From assembly GCA_000697335.1 (NCBI GenBank), contig JNEM01008200.1, positions 1-55,845 on the forward strand: DNA of 55,845 nt. Direction: 5' to 3'. The stretch is from Conidiobolus incongruus B7586 (lineage: Eukaryota). A program made the position numbers and the translations under genes. Positions 12,981 through 25,762 of this stretch are shown here, in pieces; the first letter of the stretch is position 1, and each line of letters begins with the position of its first letter. The notes beneath the pieces were generated by a model. That model saw only the letters and a program-made list of their open reading frames with translations, searched no databases and had not been told where the DNA came from.

Positions 12981-14399
12981 TGAAATTCAATAATCTCAAA
13001 AAATGATACAGTATCATTTTGACACTTTACAATTTAATATTTTGCTTTATAATATATATAAATATTATCCATCTCAAACTCTATAAAACTAATGTTTTTT
13101 TAAATTAAACGTAAACCAAAATCAAAGTGTTAAAAGTATTTGGATTACTTGATCAAATATATTTTATCAAAATATCATTTCTTGCTATGCAATCAGCCAA
13201 TCAAATTCATTAAACTTTACTTAAAGCTTCTGATCACAAAACTCCATCCTATCTGTCAATAAAACATTGGGTTAGTTATTTCAATTAGGGGAAATATATT
13301 TTGAAAATATATCAAAATATAGTTACTTAATATATACATTAAAAAAATTATTGAAATGTCAAATTATATATTGTCAAATTCGCTAATTTCTCCCCAAAGA
13401 TTATCGAATAAATTTCAAATATTCCATGGAACCATTGTTGAATATACAAAAAAATAGGGTTAAAATAATGTTGGGTTTTTATATTCTAACACTTGACTAA
13501 ATGTCAAAAATGAATGGTTGCAAATTAGAAAAACCTTGATCATTAAAATCCATATTGTATGCTCTTACAAAATTAAAATATTGAATGAATCTGAGATGCC
13601 TATGTATACCACAACCATAAAATAAGATATATTTTTAATTATTACCTGATTATTACCCACTAAATTTTTTATACCATAATATATTCAAAAGAAAAAATTA
13701 CTAATTATTAGTATGAATTACAATAGTGTAGTTTATCGTAAGTTATTAATTAAAGGTCGAATAATGAATATTAAGCTTTGTAAATCAATTTTATTAAGAA
13801 ACATTTTAAAATTACATTGAATATAAAAAAACTAGTCATTTTGCAGGACAATGCATGCAGTGATAATTTAAAACTATTCAAACACCTATTAGTTGAACAG
13901 AAGTAGTCAAAATTACTTCCTTTACCCTGCTTTCTTAATCGCAAATTGTGTGATTATAATGGTTTTGGGATTTTAAAAGCTAATTCAGAAGTTATAAATT
14001 TTGAAATTTATATAAAATGAATTAAAAATTGTGAATATTTTCAGTGTATTAAAAAGGAACAATTTTGTGGGATGAGATAAGTGTCCAAAGAATGGTCTAA
14101 GATAATTTCCAATAATAAAGATTAATGGTTTTTTAAATATATCTATTTATCATATTTGAAATCCAATTCATAAAATTTGAAAAATGATAACTATATAATG
14201 CCCATCCTGATAAACATATTTAAAAATTAATAAATTACATAAATTATTTATTAACCTAATTATTCATTATATAAATCTTTTTTCTGATAATATATTAATA
14301 ATTCAATAAAAATTGATTAATGAAGGATTAGAAATTGAAGAAATTTTTAGAATATCAAATAGTAATAATATGAAAATGACAATAAAAATGTGTTTATTA

Positions 14400-15740
14400 T
14401 TAATGATTAAAATGTAATAAATACCAATGAGCTAACCATGTGAGCACACATCCTAAGACAACGGATCCCAACTCAATAAATACGAAATTGGCATAGGGAA
14501 ACAACTCCTGTCTGATCAGAGATCTTTGGCCTGGTACGTAACATCTCATACCCCATATCGTGCTAATAAGTGATGAGATGGAAAATACACATCCAATGTA
14601 CATCAACCTTAAAGTGGGTTTTAGGGACATATAATTCATTTTCAAAGATTCATAACTCTTGCAAGCTGTGATAGTGTTTTGAATGTGGTTGAGTTGCTTG
14701 TCAATGAAGTGCAAATTGCCTACGACTGTGAGAATGTGGTCGGAGATGTCACCTAGATACAGTTGGAGTTTTGGAGACAGTTGAAATCGGCGGTTTAATG
14801 TACGTATTAGATCTTGTTTGCCTGATATTAGTTGTGACGTTTGAATTAAATTGAATTGGAGCTTTTCTAGTTTTGTCACAGCGTCACCATTTAAGATTTC
14901 GAATTTGTGATTGGGATAAAGTTTGTGAGATTTTTTGAGGAAGATTTGTTCGTCAAGGACATCGATAGCATGCTCAAGAGAGTTGGTCAGATTCATGATT
15001 TCATCGATAATTTCGTCCAGAATGGCATATGTGATCCAGTGTGGGGTGATTTCCAGGTGTGGGGTTAGGCCAATGATGCGTTTGAGGATCTTGAGTCTGC
15101 TGGGGGCTGAAGCGTTGGTTGACAAGGTCACTACTCCATTATGGGTAATTACCACGTGCAGATAACTCGAATAATTTTCTCCTATTTCGGTTCGTGATTT
15201 GGCAGCTAGTGATTTCCAATTAGCTGAGGGCATGGTTAAGCCAAAGTAAAAGTAATGATCATATTGATGCCAATGCTCCGTCAGAGGGTATGGATTAATA
15301 AGGTGTTGATATGTAACATTAGTCAGTTTCAATAATTTAGTCAAGAACATTATCTCTTTCTCGCTCCTCCCTTGAATATCCAACCAATAAGAATGTCTAT
15401 TAAACTCTGCGATCCAATGATCACTCGATTTATTCAAAATAGATTCCAACTGATATGGATCTGATTCTGTTGAAAAACAAGTAATGCGACTGCTGTCATC
15501 CAATGATATTCTCCCTTGACTCAAAGTAGTACTAGCAGTCAATACAGACCCACTGTTAGAGTGACTCGTAACCAATTTACTTAGTTTTTTAAAATCAAAC
15601 CAACTCAAGTTTTTACTCAAAAAACTAGACACCCCATTCGACTGAATAGTATTGGTTGTGAAATGAGATAGTTTCGGTTCAATTGTATGAATACTTTCAA
15701 TATCCTCATCCTTGCACACTATAATTAGAGGCGATTTCAT
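14400..15740 (-). CDS. CorA-family (Alr1/Mnr2-like) divalent cation transporter, 446 aa, intronless, with GMR in place of the GMN motif
   Basis: 'YWLDIQG', 'WITYAILDEIID', 'LYLGDISDHILT', a long helical stalk, then two C-terminal TMs flanking 'STIWGMRCYVPGQ' (canonical 'GLFGMNVxVPG'). Confidence 0.85.
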   Translation of the reverse strand: MKSPLIIVCKDEDIESIHTIEPKLSHFTTNTIQSNGVSSFLSKNLSWFDFKKLSKLVTSHSNSGSVLTASTTLSQGRISLDDSSRITCFSTESDPYQLESILNKSSDHWIAEFNRHSYWLDIQGRSEKEIMFLTKLLKLTNVTYQHLINPYPLTEHWHQYDHYFYFGLTMPSANWKSLAAKSRTEIGENYSSYLHVVITHNGVVTLSTNASAPSRLKILKRIIGLTPHLEITPHWITYAILDEIIDEIMNLTNSLEHAIDVLDEQIFLKKSHKLYPNHKFEILNGDAVTKLEKLQFNLIQTSQLISGKQDLIRTLNRRFQLSPKLQLYLGDISDHILTVVGNLHFIDKQLNHIQNTITACKSYESLKMNYMSLKPTLRLMYIGCVFSISSLISTIWGMRCYVPGQRSLIRQELFPYANFVFIELGSVVLGCVLTWLAHWYLLHFNH

Positions 15741-17148
15741 TTTTATGATATTTTTTGATGTTGACGTATATTTATATCTTTAAGATTGAACTAAGAGATT
15801 TCCTTTTCAAGTATTATTTCGTGGGGTAATTAGTCATTGAATTAGAATTTAAAAGTAAAAATATAATTATAGTTAATTTGTTTAGATAATAATCTAGAAA
15901 ATATGGAAATTTCTAAGTGATTATAACTGTTTATTTGGTTGAATTTTAATGAAAATTTTTAGTAGGATTAAAATACTTGGCATTAAGTGTTCAAATTAGA
16001 CTATTATTTGAATCTTATACTAAGAATTAATTTTGAATTATTACAGGTTAAACATTAAGAATAAAATATTATTAAACCAGCACTTCATTAATAAAACTTT
16101 TTAAATTAATATCAATTTTGAATCATCTATATTATTTCAAACTGTGTTTTCAAATTTTGCGTTGAATTATTTATTTTACTAAGCACAGGACTTGAGCTAA
16201 GTTTATAATAAATATCTACTTAGAAATATTATACAAAATTATCCAGTTTGAATAATTAATTATTTCAAAATTTTACTTATAGAAATTCAAATCAAAAACC
16301 AAAAAATTGCAAATATTAAATTTTATCATAATAAATTCAATTGAAACCTTCAATTGCTGTCTAATGATGGAGAATAATCTTGTCCATCACTCAAGGAACT
16401 CTAACATTTGCACTAATGCAAGAAGTCACATTGGAAGTACCTCATTTTATGAATTATTTCAACTTATTACTTTCTGTCTGAAGTTATTCATAGCCACCTA
16501 AACTCAACAATTGAAACTCATATAAGATTATCACAATCTAATTAATAAACATCTCTTTTTTATCTTTCTATCTTCATTTTCAAAAGTATCCAGTCTCTAA
16601 GTTTTTCTCATAACACTCACAAAAGTATTAAGTTGTAACAAGTGTGAGATATTCACTTTATTTGAAGAACCCAATTTGCAGTAAGCTATTTTCACCTAAT
16701 TTGGTGAATCCCCTTAATTTCCCTTAACTTTGTGGTAATCTATTGTTTACCACTGGTGATTTCCTGTTTAAGCCCTAAAGTCTATTTCCTCCCACATTTA
16801 CAGCTGTCACTAACAAAACAACACAATTTAGTTTGTTCAAATTTACTTTATTCTTTAAAACTTTGAACTAAATGTTTACAACCACCAATATTTATATAAA
16901 ATTTTTAAATTATCAGTTAAATAATAAAAAAAGTGAATGTCAATTAATATTTTTATCTGTTATTATTGATTTCATTTATTGAAAAATTTTATGATATTAA
17001 TAAATATTTTAATAGATAATAAATCAATATAACAATGAACTTTTTTAAATATAAAAATAGATGTTAAGTATTTTATAAAATTTATTCATATTTTCAATTT
17101 TATTTTTTAATATAATATTTAAGTTGAAAATAGATTATTTTTAGTTGC

Positions 17149-17170
17149 TATATATATATATATATATATA
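17149..17170. repeat. (TA)n microsatellite
   Basis: Run of about 11 TA units. Confidence 0.7.
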
Positions 17171-17172
17171 AA

Positions 17173-18461
17173 GTTTTTACTTCAAAAAGTTTCAATTTGA
17201 GCAATTTCCATCATACATAATGACCAATGAACAACTTATTAAACTCACAATACCATTGTAGAGAATTGCAATCAAAAAATTTGTACTTGATCTGAAGATG
17301 AGGCGGTTTTTAAAATCGCTGTAACAATAGGTGATCCCAGTAAGAAACTGATAGATAAACTGAAATAAAGGGGCCCATTCACTAGGGATTGATTCTCAAC
17401 CTCAAAGATTTGAGCTGATAGAATAGGTAAGAATATAAAGAGACCACTCGAATTAGCTCCATAAATGAGTGTAAAGGCCATTAATGGAACGAAGGTTGTG
17501 AAAATGACCAAATTAAAAAACAAAACAATAACACAACAATAAAAGACGCAGTGGTAGCATTCACATTACCAGCAAAATCACCTATATGACTTAGCGAAAT
17601 ATGATCAACTCCTGATTCGAAGTTGAACGTTCCTACTAAGAGGAAAAATTAGGAGAATGAAATGCCATAGTAGCTACATTACAATGGAATGATAAAATAA
17701 GGAACCCAGTATGGGAAAGGGATGAAAAAACCCATACAAAATAGTAAGATGAATTCAATATTTACAATAAATTGAGAATTAATACATTTTTTTGTATTCA
17801 ATGGGCGCGGTTTTACTCTTGATAAATACCACCCATATCATTGATAATGTGAAACAAATCAGACTAAAATTCGAAGTGTCCATTGAAATCCTAGCTAATG
17901 AATCAGATATTGAGCTAGGGGGCCAAATGCAACACCTCCAAGCCCTTCACCATTGACAGTTGTATAAATAGCTGAGCTAAGACGACACAAAAACCAGTGG
18001 GAAGGTGCATAGATAGCTGGAAAGAAGATCAAACTACTACCAATACCCAACAATAATGACTGAGCGACAAACAGATGCCAAACCTAGGTAATAAATGAAT
18101 CCAGTAATAGACCAAAAGCAAACACAGCACCACTTAAAATCAAGCAGATCTTATAAGGAAGGAAATCAGGCAATCTAGCGCCAACCATCCCAAAAAAGAA
18201 AATACAAAGTCCCATACTCTCTACAGAACTCAGAACCGAAGGACTAGCCGATTGAAATATGAATTGATACTCATTTAAAAACACACTATAGGCACAATAA
18301 GTACTGAAAAGTACAAAAATCACCAAAAACATAGTAAAAACTATAATCCAAGCATACAGAGCTTTAACCTGGTCAGGATTCGCATTGCTATTCACACTCT
18401 TTTCACTTTGTCTTAACTGTTGATTAAATTACCGGCTTAAGGATTGATTAGTTACGGACAT
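17173..18461 (-). pseudogene. Pseudogene of an MCT/Mch-type MFS transporter
   Basis: Fragments (ORFs 18084-18395 and 17272-17523) align to the intact paralogs ('ARLPDFLPYKICL', 'LPILSAQIFEVENQSLVNGPLYFSL'). Interrupted by in-frame stops (e.g. TAG at 18084-18086) and frameshifts. Confidence 0.9.
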
Positions 18462-20142
18462 GAAGAAATTTAATCCAGCCTTTAAAACTTAGACACATAC
18501 AACTATAATTTAAAATATATCAAGATTTGAAGTCTTTATATACTCAACAATTGCTGAATTGGTCATCAACAGAATTTGGAATAGCCTCTCAATCTACCAT
18601 GAAATTCAGTTTTAATTTTTTGATTAATGTTTGATAAATATTTGATTAACGATAAAACACGTATAAATAATTCAAAAATTAGTGATAATTATTTAAATAA
18701 GAGGGTCATCATTGGGCCTTTAATTGATTTTGAGGTTGAAATTTGATGATCCTAAGGTTGATAAAATAATCTCAAAAAAATTTAGAATATAATCATATGG
18801 GGGATTACTATATTATTTTCCAAGGTATAAAACAATATCCTCTAATGAATAAAAATAGCATTATTCAACTCCTTTGTTAATATCTTTATCAAAATCCGGA
18901 CCAAAATTTTATGCAAGCGATCATTAACTCACCTCAACAATATAAAAAATTCAAACGAAGATTTAATTGAATAGGTAACATGCTTAAATTATTTTGGTGT
19001 GAGTATAAATTCATTAAATTCTGTAAAGTATCACAAATTTTAGTGAAATAAAAATTATTGATATGAAATCAAAATTGAGAATTTAGTTATTTAGAGAGAT
19101 TTTTAAATTACAAAGTATGAGGAATATCAATGAATTTGGTTTATATTATTAAAATATATTCCTTTTTAATATAATGTTATATTAATTAGTCTTTAATGTC
19201 TGTGCAATTCCAATCACCACAACATTAATAATTAATGAATACTCACTATCTATTTGCTATTTCTCAAACCATTCTAACTTTGAATTCAGCAATTAACAAT
19301 GTTGTAATGAATGAAGCAAATATGTACTTGAGATAATTAATCAATTAAGGTAAAAGGATCATATGAACGCGGCAGCTATGGGCACTTGTATTGAGGTTGT
19401 TATTAATATGAGCCAGTATTAATATAAATACATTTTATGATTTAGAATGGATATTTGCTATATTGTTATTTATCTTATTCAAACATAATTTTAAGGTATT
19501 TGAATTGCGCTAAATATCAAAATTTTCAAACTCATTATTTATAAAAGAATTTCAAATTATCACAATCAACACTCCAGGAATCTCCAAATTATATTTTTAA
19601 TAAAACTTAAAAGGATCAAAGAGCTTACCAATAGATAAATGATCAACCATCACAGGAATTCTACCATCTTAACGAGCATCATATATATTTATATCTTTTT
19701 GTGAGTATATGTTTTGCAATGATTTGATATCAATATGATAAATGAGTTGAATTGTAACTCCGCTCCCAATATTTGTTATACGATTTTATAATATTAAAAA
19801 TAATACTCAGATTGAAATGCAATCCATTTTTACCAGAAAATATTAAGTCAAATATTAATCACTGTAAATTATATATTTTCTTAGTTAATTTTTGGGATCA
19901 AAAAAATTAAAAAAAAATAAAATTATGTTCCTTTATCACCAAGTATTCAGTTAAATGAAAAATGTAGGCGGAGTACTGAATAAATCTAAATATAAAAAAA
20001 TTTATAGAGAATTTATAAAAATTGTAATTTAACTATGATTATCAGAGTATAATGTTCAAATTGAAAAAATTTTCAAAATTGGATATAGAGATATTTCATT
20101 AGGTATATATGAATGTATCTTGTAAGTCGCGAGTTTGAATAA

Positions 20143-20226
20143 TCAACTATCGTTTGGTAAGTAGAACGGGAGACTGTATTTTAATCTGTAATCTCTAGCT
20201 CATTGGCCTAATTCCGGTTAGTTAGA
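20143..20226 (+). pseudogene. Degenerate tRNA-Tyr(GTA) copy, intron retained
   Basis: Gap-free 84-nt alignment to 31366-31449 with 19 substitutions by my count. T-loop TTCAATT changed to CCTAATT (B box broken), and A14 lost. Confidence 0.85.
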
Positions 20227-21420
20227 TAGTTTTCTAAATAATTTTTGCTTTCGATTTTTTCTACATCCACACATTATAATATTTATATATATTCTTTCAT
20301 TAAGTTTGACCCTTTGCTCCTATTTATTATTCATTTTATGATGATATATTAAGTTTTAATAATTTTGTTTTATAATAACTTGCTTACTCTTTCGAATATT
20401 TCAACCTATTTTTATATCTATTATCAATTCAAATTTAATAAATATAAAAATATCGATAAAAGTTATGTCAATATTCTATATAAACATGAAATATAAAAGT
20501 AAACATCTATGATTTTTCAAACTTTATTTTAAATTACATAGAATTTGCTGGAAAGATTTCATATAATATTGAATAATTTGTTAATAAATAATAAATCTTT
20601 TTAAATTTGAAATTTTGCCAAAGTTATTATTTGAATAGTAAAATAAAAAATAATTCATTACCAAACTTATCAATGAATAAATAGTTTTGTAAATATTAAA
20701 TATGAAGCAATAAAAATTAAAGATTTTCAAATTTTGCCGATATTTATTATTGAGCTTAAATCACATATATGAGTATTAAAATTATATTATTGCGATGAGC
20801 AGGTTATAATCAAATGAATATACGAAAATAATATTAGTATTGATTACAATATCTGAGTAAATTTATATTTATATAAAATAGTTTGAATAAAAATTCACTA
20901 CACTACTTTCAATATTTAAAATGTACACATTTCTCTTTGTTCAAATCTTATTTAGAAATATCAGATTTAGACTTATATATTCATTTTTTCATAAATTATT
21001 CAATTTTCTTAAAAATACTAGTGTAACATTTCAAAATTAAGCGTCCATCTTGATTCAATAGTTAAGCCAATACTATTTGTCAGTCGATAATTAAAGGATA
21101 CTCTGTTAGTAAATCATTAGCAGAATCAACTATTTAAATAAGTGTATTAATTAATATTTTACTAAATCGTATAAAGAGTACTTTTCTAACAACCATCTTT
21201 ATTGAAAAAACTTATAAAATACCACACTAGAATTAATCCAATTGAACTTTATCACATTTATTAATTTTATTTTATATTACAATACAATACTACAAAGGTT
21301 GAAACAATAACGATTGAACATTTTAGAAAAAATTTAATTTGATATTTATTTGGATGATGATATTCCTAGTTTAAATGTTATAAAGAACCATCATCAGTAT
21401 TGCAATTGCATAATATTGAA

Positions 21421-21441
21421 TATATATATATATATATATAT
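21421..21441. repeat. (TA)n microsatellite
   Basis: Run of about 10 TA units. Confidence 0.7.
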
Positions 21442-21660
21442 CATTTTACAATTCTAAGTTCGTTTAATTATTTCGACGTACCAATCAATTATTATTCAAA
21501 ATAATTACAATATCAATTTCATAAATATACCAATAAATTGTACTTGAACTTGAATTATCATATTGTTCCTTTGGTGTTAAGTAACAGAATTCAGGTTATA
21601 CTATAATATTGATTAAATAATATTCTGAAATTAACCAATCCTTAATCTAGATTCACTTTA

Positions 21661-22019
21661 ATCAGATAATTGCTTATCTAATATGATCATCTGATATAAT
21701 TGATAGTGGAAATTTTGTTATGATTAGTATTGAAATTGTGAATTATACCTGATAAATTATCCATTATTATTCTAAATAAGCTTTTAACTCAATTTGATCA
21801 ACAAAAATATTTGAGATGTAATCAATGGTTTGAATAAAAACATCATGAATTGATAATACATAATAATATGATTATAGTGATAATCTACAAAATTATTGAA
21901 TATATTATTATACTGAATATTAAATATAATAAAAATTGGAAATATATCAAAATAATTTATTGTAATTTCAGGTAATTCGACTTTTTGCTGTGATTATTAA
22001 TATACTAATAATCTGATAA
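21661..22019 (+). promoter_or_regulatory. Candidate iron-responsive GATA factor (SreA/Fep1/Urbs1-type) sites ATCWGATAA upstream of the MFS gene
   Basis: ATCAGATAA at 21661-21669 and ATCTGATAA at 22011-22019. Near matches at 21689 (ATCTGATAT) and 21747 (ACCTGATAA). Confidence 0.35.
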
Positions 22020-22479
22020 GTGCAAAGTAAACAACATCGTCCCGACAGAATCATTTATAATACTATAAGAAGTACCGATAAATTGCTAAATCAATAGATC
22101 CTTTATTAAATATTATTTTCATACACTTTTATGGTATAAATGATATTGGTAGTATTGTCAAGGTATTAGTAATCGGCTTGTGACTATATAACGCCCCGAC
22201 TTAATTCAATTTTCCCCACTCATGACATGCTCTTTCCCAGTGTCAATATTGAGCATCTCTACTTTAATAAACTATTTAGCTCTTATGGTAATGAAATTGT
22301 TAAATTTTATATTGATTCTCTGCTTATAGGAATACAATGGTTGTATTTATTTTACGCTTTTAATCTATTATTACTATAGATCCCGACTTTGTTAAGTCAA
22401 AGCTATTATATATCCGTTGATGAATTGTTGCTTGGTTGTATAAATTCAAACTGATTCTCTCCCTTAATACCATTATATT

Positions 22480-23793
22480 ATGTTGAAATATTCAATATTC
22501 AAGATGAATAATATTCAAACTGAGCAAAATTTCGAATCCCCTCCAAATGAGAGCGAACAATCAACCCATTTTGAAATCATTGATCCCAAAGAAGAAGAAC
22601 CCCTATATGGTTGGATAGTTGTACTGGGCACTTTTCTAGTAACCTTTGTCCTCTTCGGAATTTATGGATCTTACGGGGTATTTTTAAACCAATATCAAAC
22701 CATATTTCCATCTACTTCAGCTTCTGTACTCTCATTTGTTGGTAGTACAGGGCCTGCCATTTTCTTTTTTCTTGGAATCATTTCTGCAAGATTGCCAGAC
22801 TTTATTCATTATAAAATCTGTTTGACAATGGGGTCTTTAATATTTTCTTTGGGATTGCTATTGGCTTCTTTTGCAATCCATGTTTGGCATCTTTTTGTTA
22901 CTCAATCTCTATTACTTGGCCTTGGCAGTAGTTTGATATTTTTTCCTTCTATTTCAGCACCCTCTCAATGGTTTACTAAGCGTCGTGGCCTTGCCATTGG
23001 TTTGGGCGTGAGTGGCGCAGGGTTCGGAGGCCTTGCATTTGGACCAATTACTCAAATTCTCATTGATCATATACAATTTCGATGGGCTTTGAGAGTATTA
23101 AGTCTAATTTGTCTCGTATTATCCATGACAGCTGCAATAATCATCAAACGTAAGCCTAATCCAAACAAATCCAAACAACTATTCAATTTTGAATTAATTA
23201 AGAATGTCAAATTTTTATTATTGTTTTTAATGGGATTCTTTATTTCTTTCGCCTATTGGATTCCATTCTTTTTAATTCCTTTATATTGCAATTATTACCA
23301 TATTCCTCCATCTCAATCTTCCCTCTTGGTCGGTTTAATCAATTTGGGATCTGCCATTGGTCGTATCCTACTAGGAAGAATTGCTGATCGTGTTGGAAAT
23401 ATCAATGTGACTATTGGTACATTCTTACTCATGGCGGTTTCTTGCTTTTTCATTTGGTCCTTTTCTACAACTTTCCCATCTTTAGTAGTGTTTACCTTAA
23501 TTTATGGTGCTAGTTCAAGTGGCCTCTTTGTATTCTTACCTATTCTGTCAGCTCAAATTTTTGGGGTTGAAAATCAATCCCTAGTGAATGGGCCCCTTTA
23601 TTTCAGTTTATGTATCAGTTTCTTACTTGGATCACCTATTGCAACCACAATTCTGAAAGCAGCATCACTTTCAGATCGTATTCAAAATTTTTTACCCTCT
23701 ATTATTTATACAGGATTATTGAGCCTAATTGGAGTCAGTTTTATATTGATATTGAGAATTAAATTGGTTAAATTTAAATTGATCAAAATCTAA
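22480..23793 (+). CDS. MFS transporter, monocarboxylate porter (MCT/SLC16, fungal Mch-like) family, 437 aa, intronless
   Basis: About 12 hydrophobic segments, with 'YGWIVV', 'SQWFTKRRGLAIGLGVSGAGFGGL' and 'GRILLGRIADRVG' motifs. The start could also be the Met at 22504. Confidence 0.93.
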   Translation: MLKYSIFKMNNIQTEQNFESPPNESEQSTHFEIIDPKEEEPLYGWIVVLGTFLVTFVLFGIYGSYGVFLNQYQTIFPSTSASVLSFVGSTGPAIFFFLGIISARLPDFIHYKICLTMGSLIFSLGLLLASFAIHVWHLFVTQSLLLGLGSSLIFFPSISAPSQWFTKRRGLAIGLGVSGAGFGGLAFGPITQILIDHIQFRWALRVLSLICLVLSMTAAIIIKRKPNPNKSKQLFNFELIKNVKFLLLFLMGFFISFAYWIPFFLIPLYCNYYHIPPSQSSLLVGLINLGSAIGRILLGRIADRVGNINVTIGTFLLMAVSCFFIWSFSTTFPSLVVFTLIYGASSSGLFVFLPILSAQIFGVENQSLVNGPLYFSLCISFLLGSPIATTILKAASLSDRIQNFLPSIIYTGLLSLIGVSFILILRIKLVKFKLIKI

Positions 23794-25762
23794 TTTAATC
23801 TATATCAAATAAAATACTTGAGTTTTGACTTAAATTTAGGTAATTTAATTTATATAGTTCATTGAAACTAAATAAATCTATTATTATGTACCCATAGTAT
23901 TATCATTTTATTAACAAATATACTCACATCAAGAAATATTTTATTATGATTTACTAGATAATTCATTTACAACTATTTCAATTTATTACTTCTCATATTC
24001 AATATAATGAAAAATAATTAAAGGGTTCAAAATAATCGAGTTTTTTTTTATTAATTTCAAACTGTTAGTAAAAAATTTATTTCTATTTCATTTTAGTGAT
24101 TAAGAAAGGATAAATTTTATTATTTTTATATAATTTAATAGATTGACTTTATCGTGTGCAAGTTATTTGATGAATTAATAAAATTAAAAGACTATATACA
24201 ATTAGTATATATAAACCATAAGTTATAAAAGTTCTAAATATTTAATAATTTAGAATTTGAGATTATTGTTTATATTTTCAAAATTACAACCAGTATGAAA
24301 AATTTTTCAATTAATTTAAAGGTAATATTGGCTAAGAATATTTGATTATAAAATTTTTGTATACATCACTGTTTATTTTTTATTTATTAAATGTATAGAA
24401 AGTGCATTGGGGTCAATTGGAATAAAAAACAATCTAATAAAATTTAGTTATAAAATTATAAAGATGAAAGAAGCTAACGAATTTTAAAAAATTGTATATA
24501 ATATAGTAAAATATACTTTATAATATATAATCGGCATATTTATATATTCATAACCCAAAATTACTTTAAAAATAGGAAAAAAGGAAAATAACTCATTGTT
24601 CAACTTATATTTTTGATTCTATTAATATTACTTTATTAATTGGGTGAAAATCAGGTGAAATAATATAATATCTTATAATATTCATTCATCATTATTCAAA
24701 ATGCGTGTTGGAATTTAGATTCTAGAAAAATTACAATATATTATATCCAATTTTTATATATTTCAAGATCAATATATTATTGTAACAATATTAATAAAAC
24801 TAAAAAATTGTTATTTCTGACTACATATCATCAAAGTTATATATAATTTATCAAGAATCCTAAATCTGTTTTTAATTATAATTATTAACTTCATTCGACT
24901 TTATTTGAGGGTAAAATATTTGATTAATATAATTTTTACTAACGGAAATCAACAAACTAAAATTATTAATTTGCATATATTGAAATTACATATATATATA
25001 TATATTCTTCCAAGGCATATTTGGCATTTAAATATGTATTTAAAAATTGAATTATTCAAATTTGATTTCAATTGTCAAAAACAGTTCTATTGGTCGATTA
25101 CATTTCAATTATAGTTAAGTTACATATAAATAGTTTGCATATACCCCATTAAATTGAAAAAAAATATAATTTTCCATTCAAAGATTTTATCTGTAGCTAA
25201 TACTTGATCATAGTTAATGAAAAATTACTTACAATTATCAAAATATATTGAAATGTAATCGTATCACATTTCATCAATAATCTATAATTAAATCATCAAA
25301 TTATATTTATTAATAGAATGTTATCTTATATCAAAAAATTTGATCAATATAATTCCAAAATTTTAATATCAATTACGCTAGGATTATTATGTTAACGATA
25401 TTTTATAACTAGGAATTTAAAATTTTATTCATTAGTATTAAGAATTAAAGTGCAAATCATCTATAAATTAAGTTTTGTTACATACATCAATATTTTATTA
25501 CCTTCTATTTTTCAGTACCATAATTTGAATCAATTTTATTCAAGTTCAATTGGAGTTTATCAATAGTGAGAAATATTAAACTTTTACATTGGAGTTTATT
25601 TGATTTTTATATATAAAAATATTAGTTTGATCACTAGGACTATTATTATATGATCTCATATATATTAACTTTTCAGTGTAACGGATATTTTTTCTTAGAT
25701 ATTAATAAAATATCATATTAATCTGCTTTGGAGATAGTATGCTTAACTTGTTAATTTTAATT

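Noticed and set aside
16340..16830. Slightly GC-richer stretch between the CorA gene and the MFS pseudogene
   Set aside because: No sustained frame, termini or recognisable motif; possibly an unidentifiable relic.
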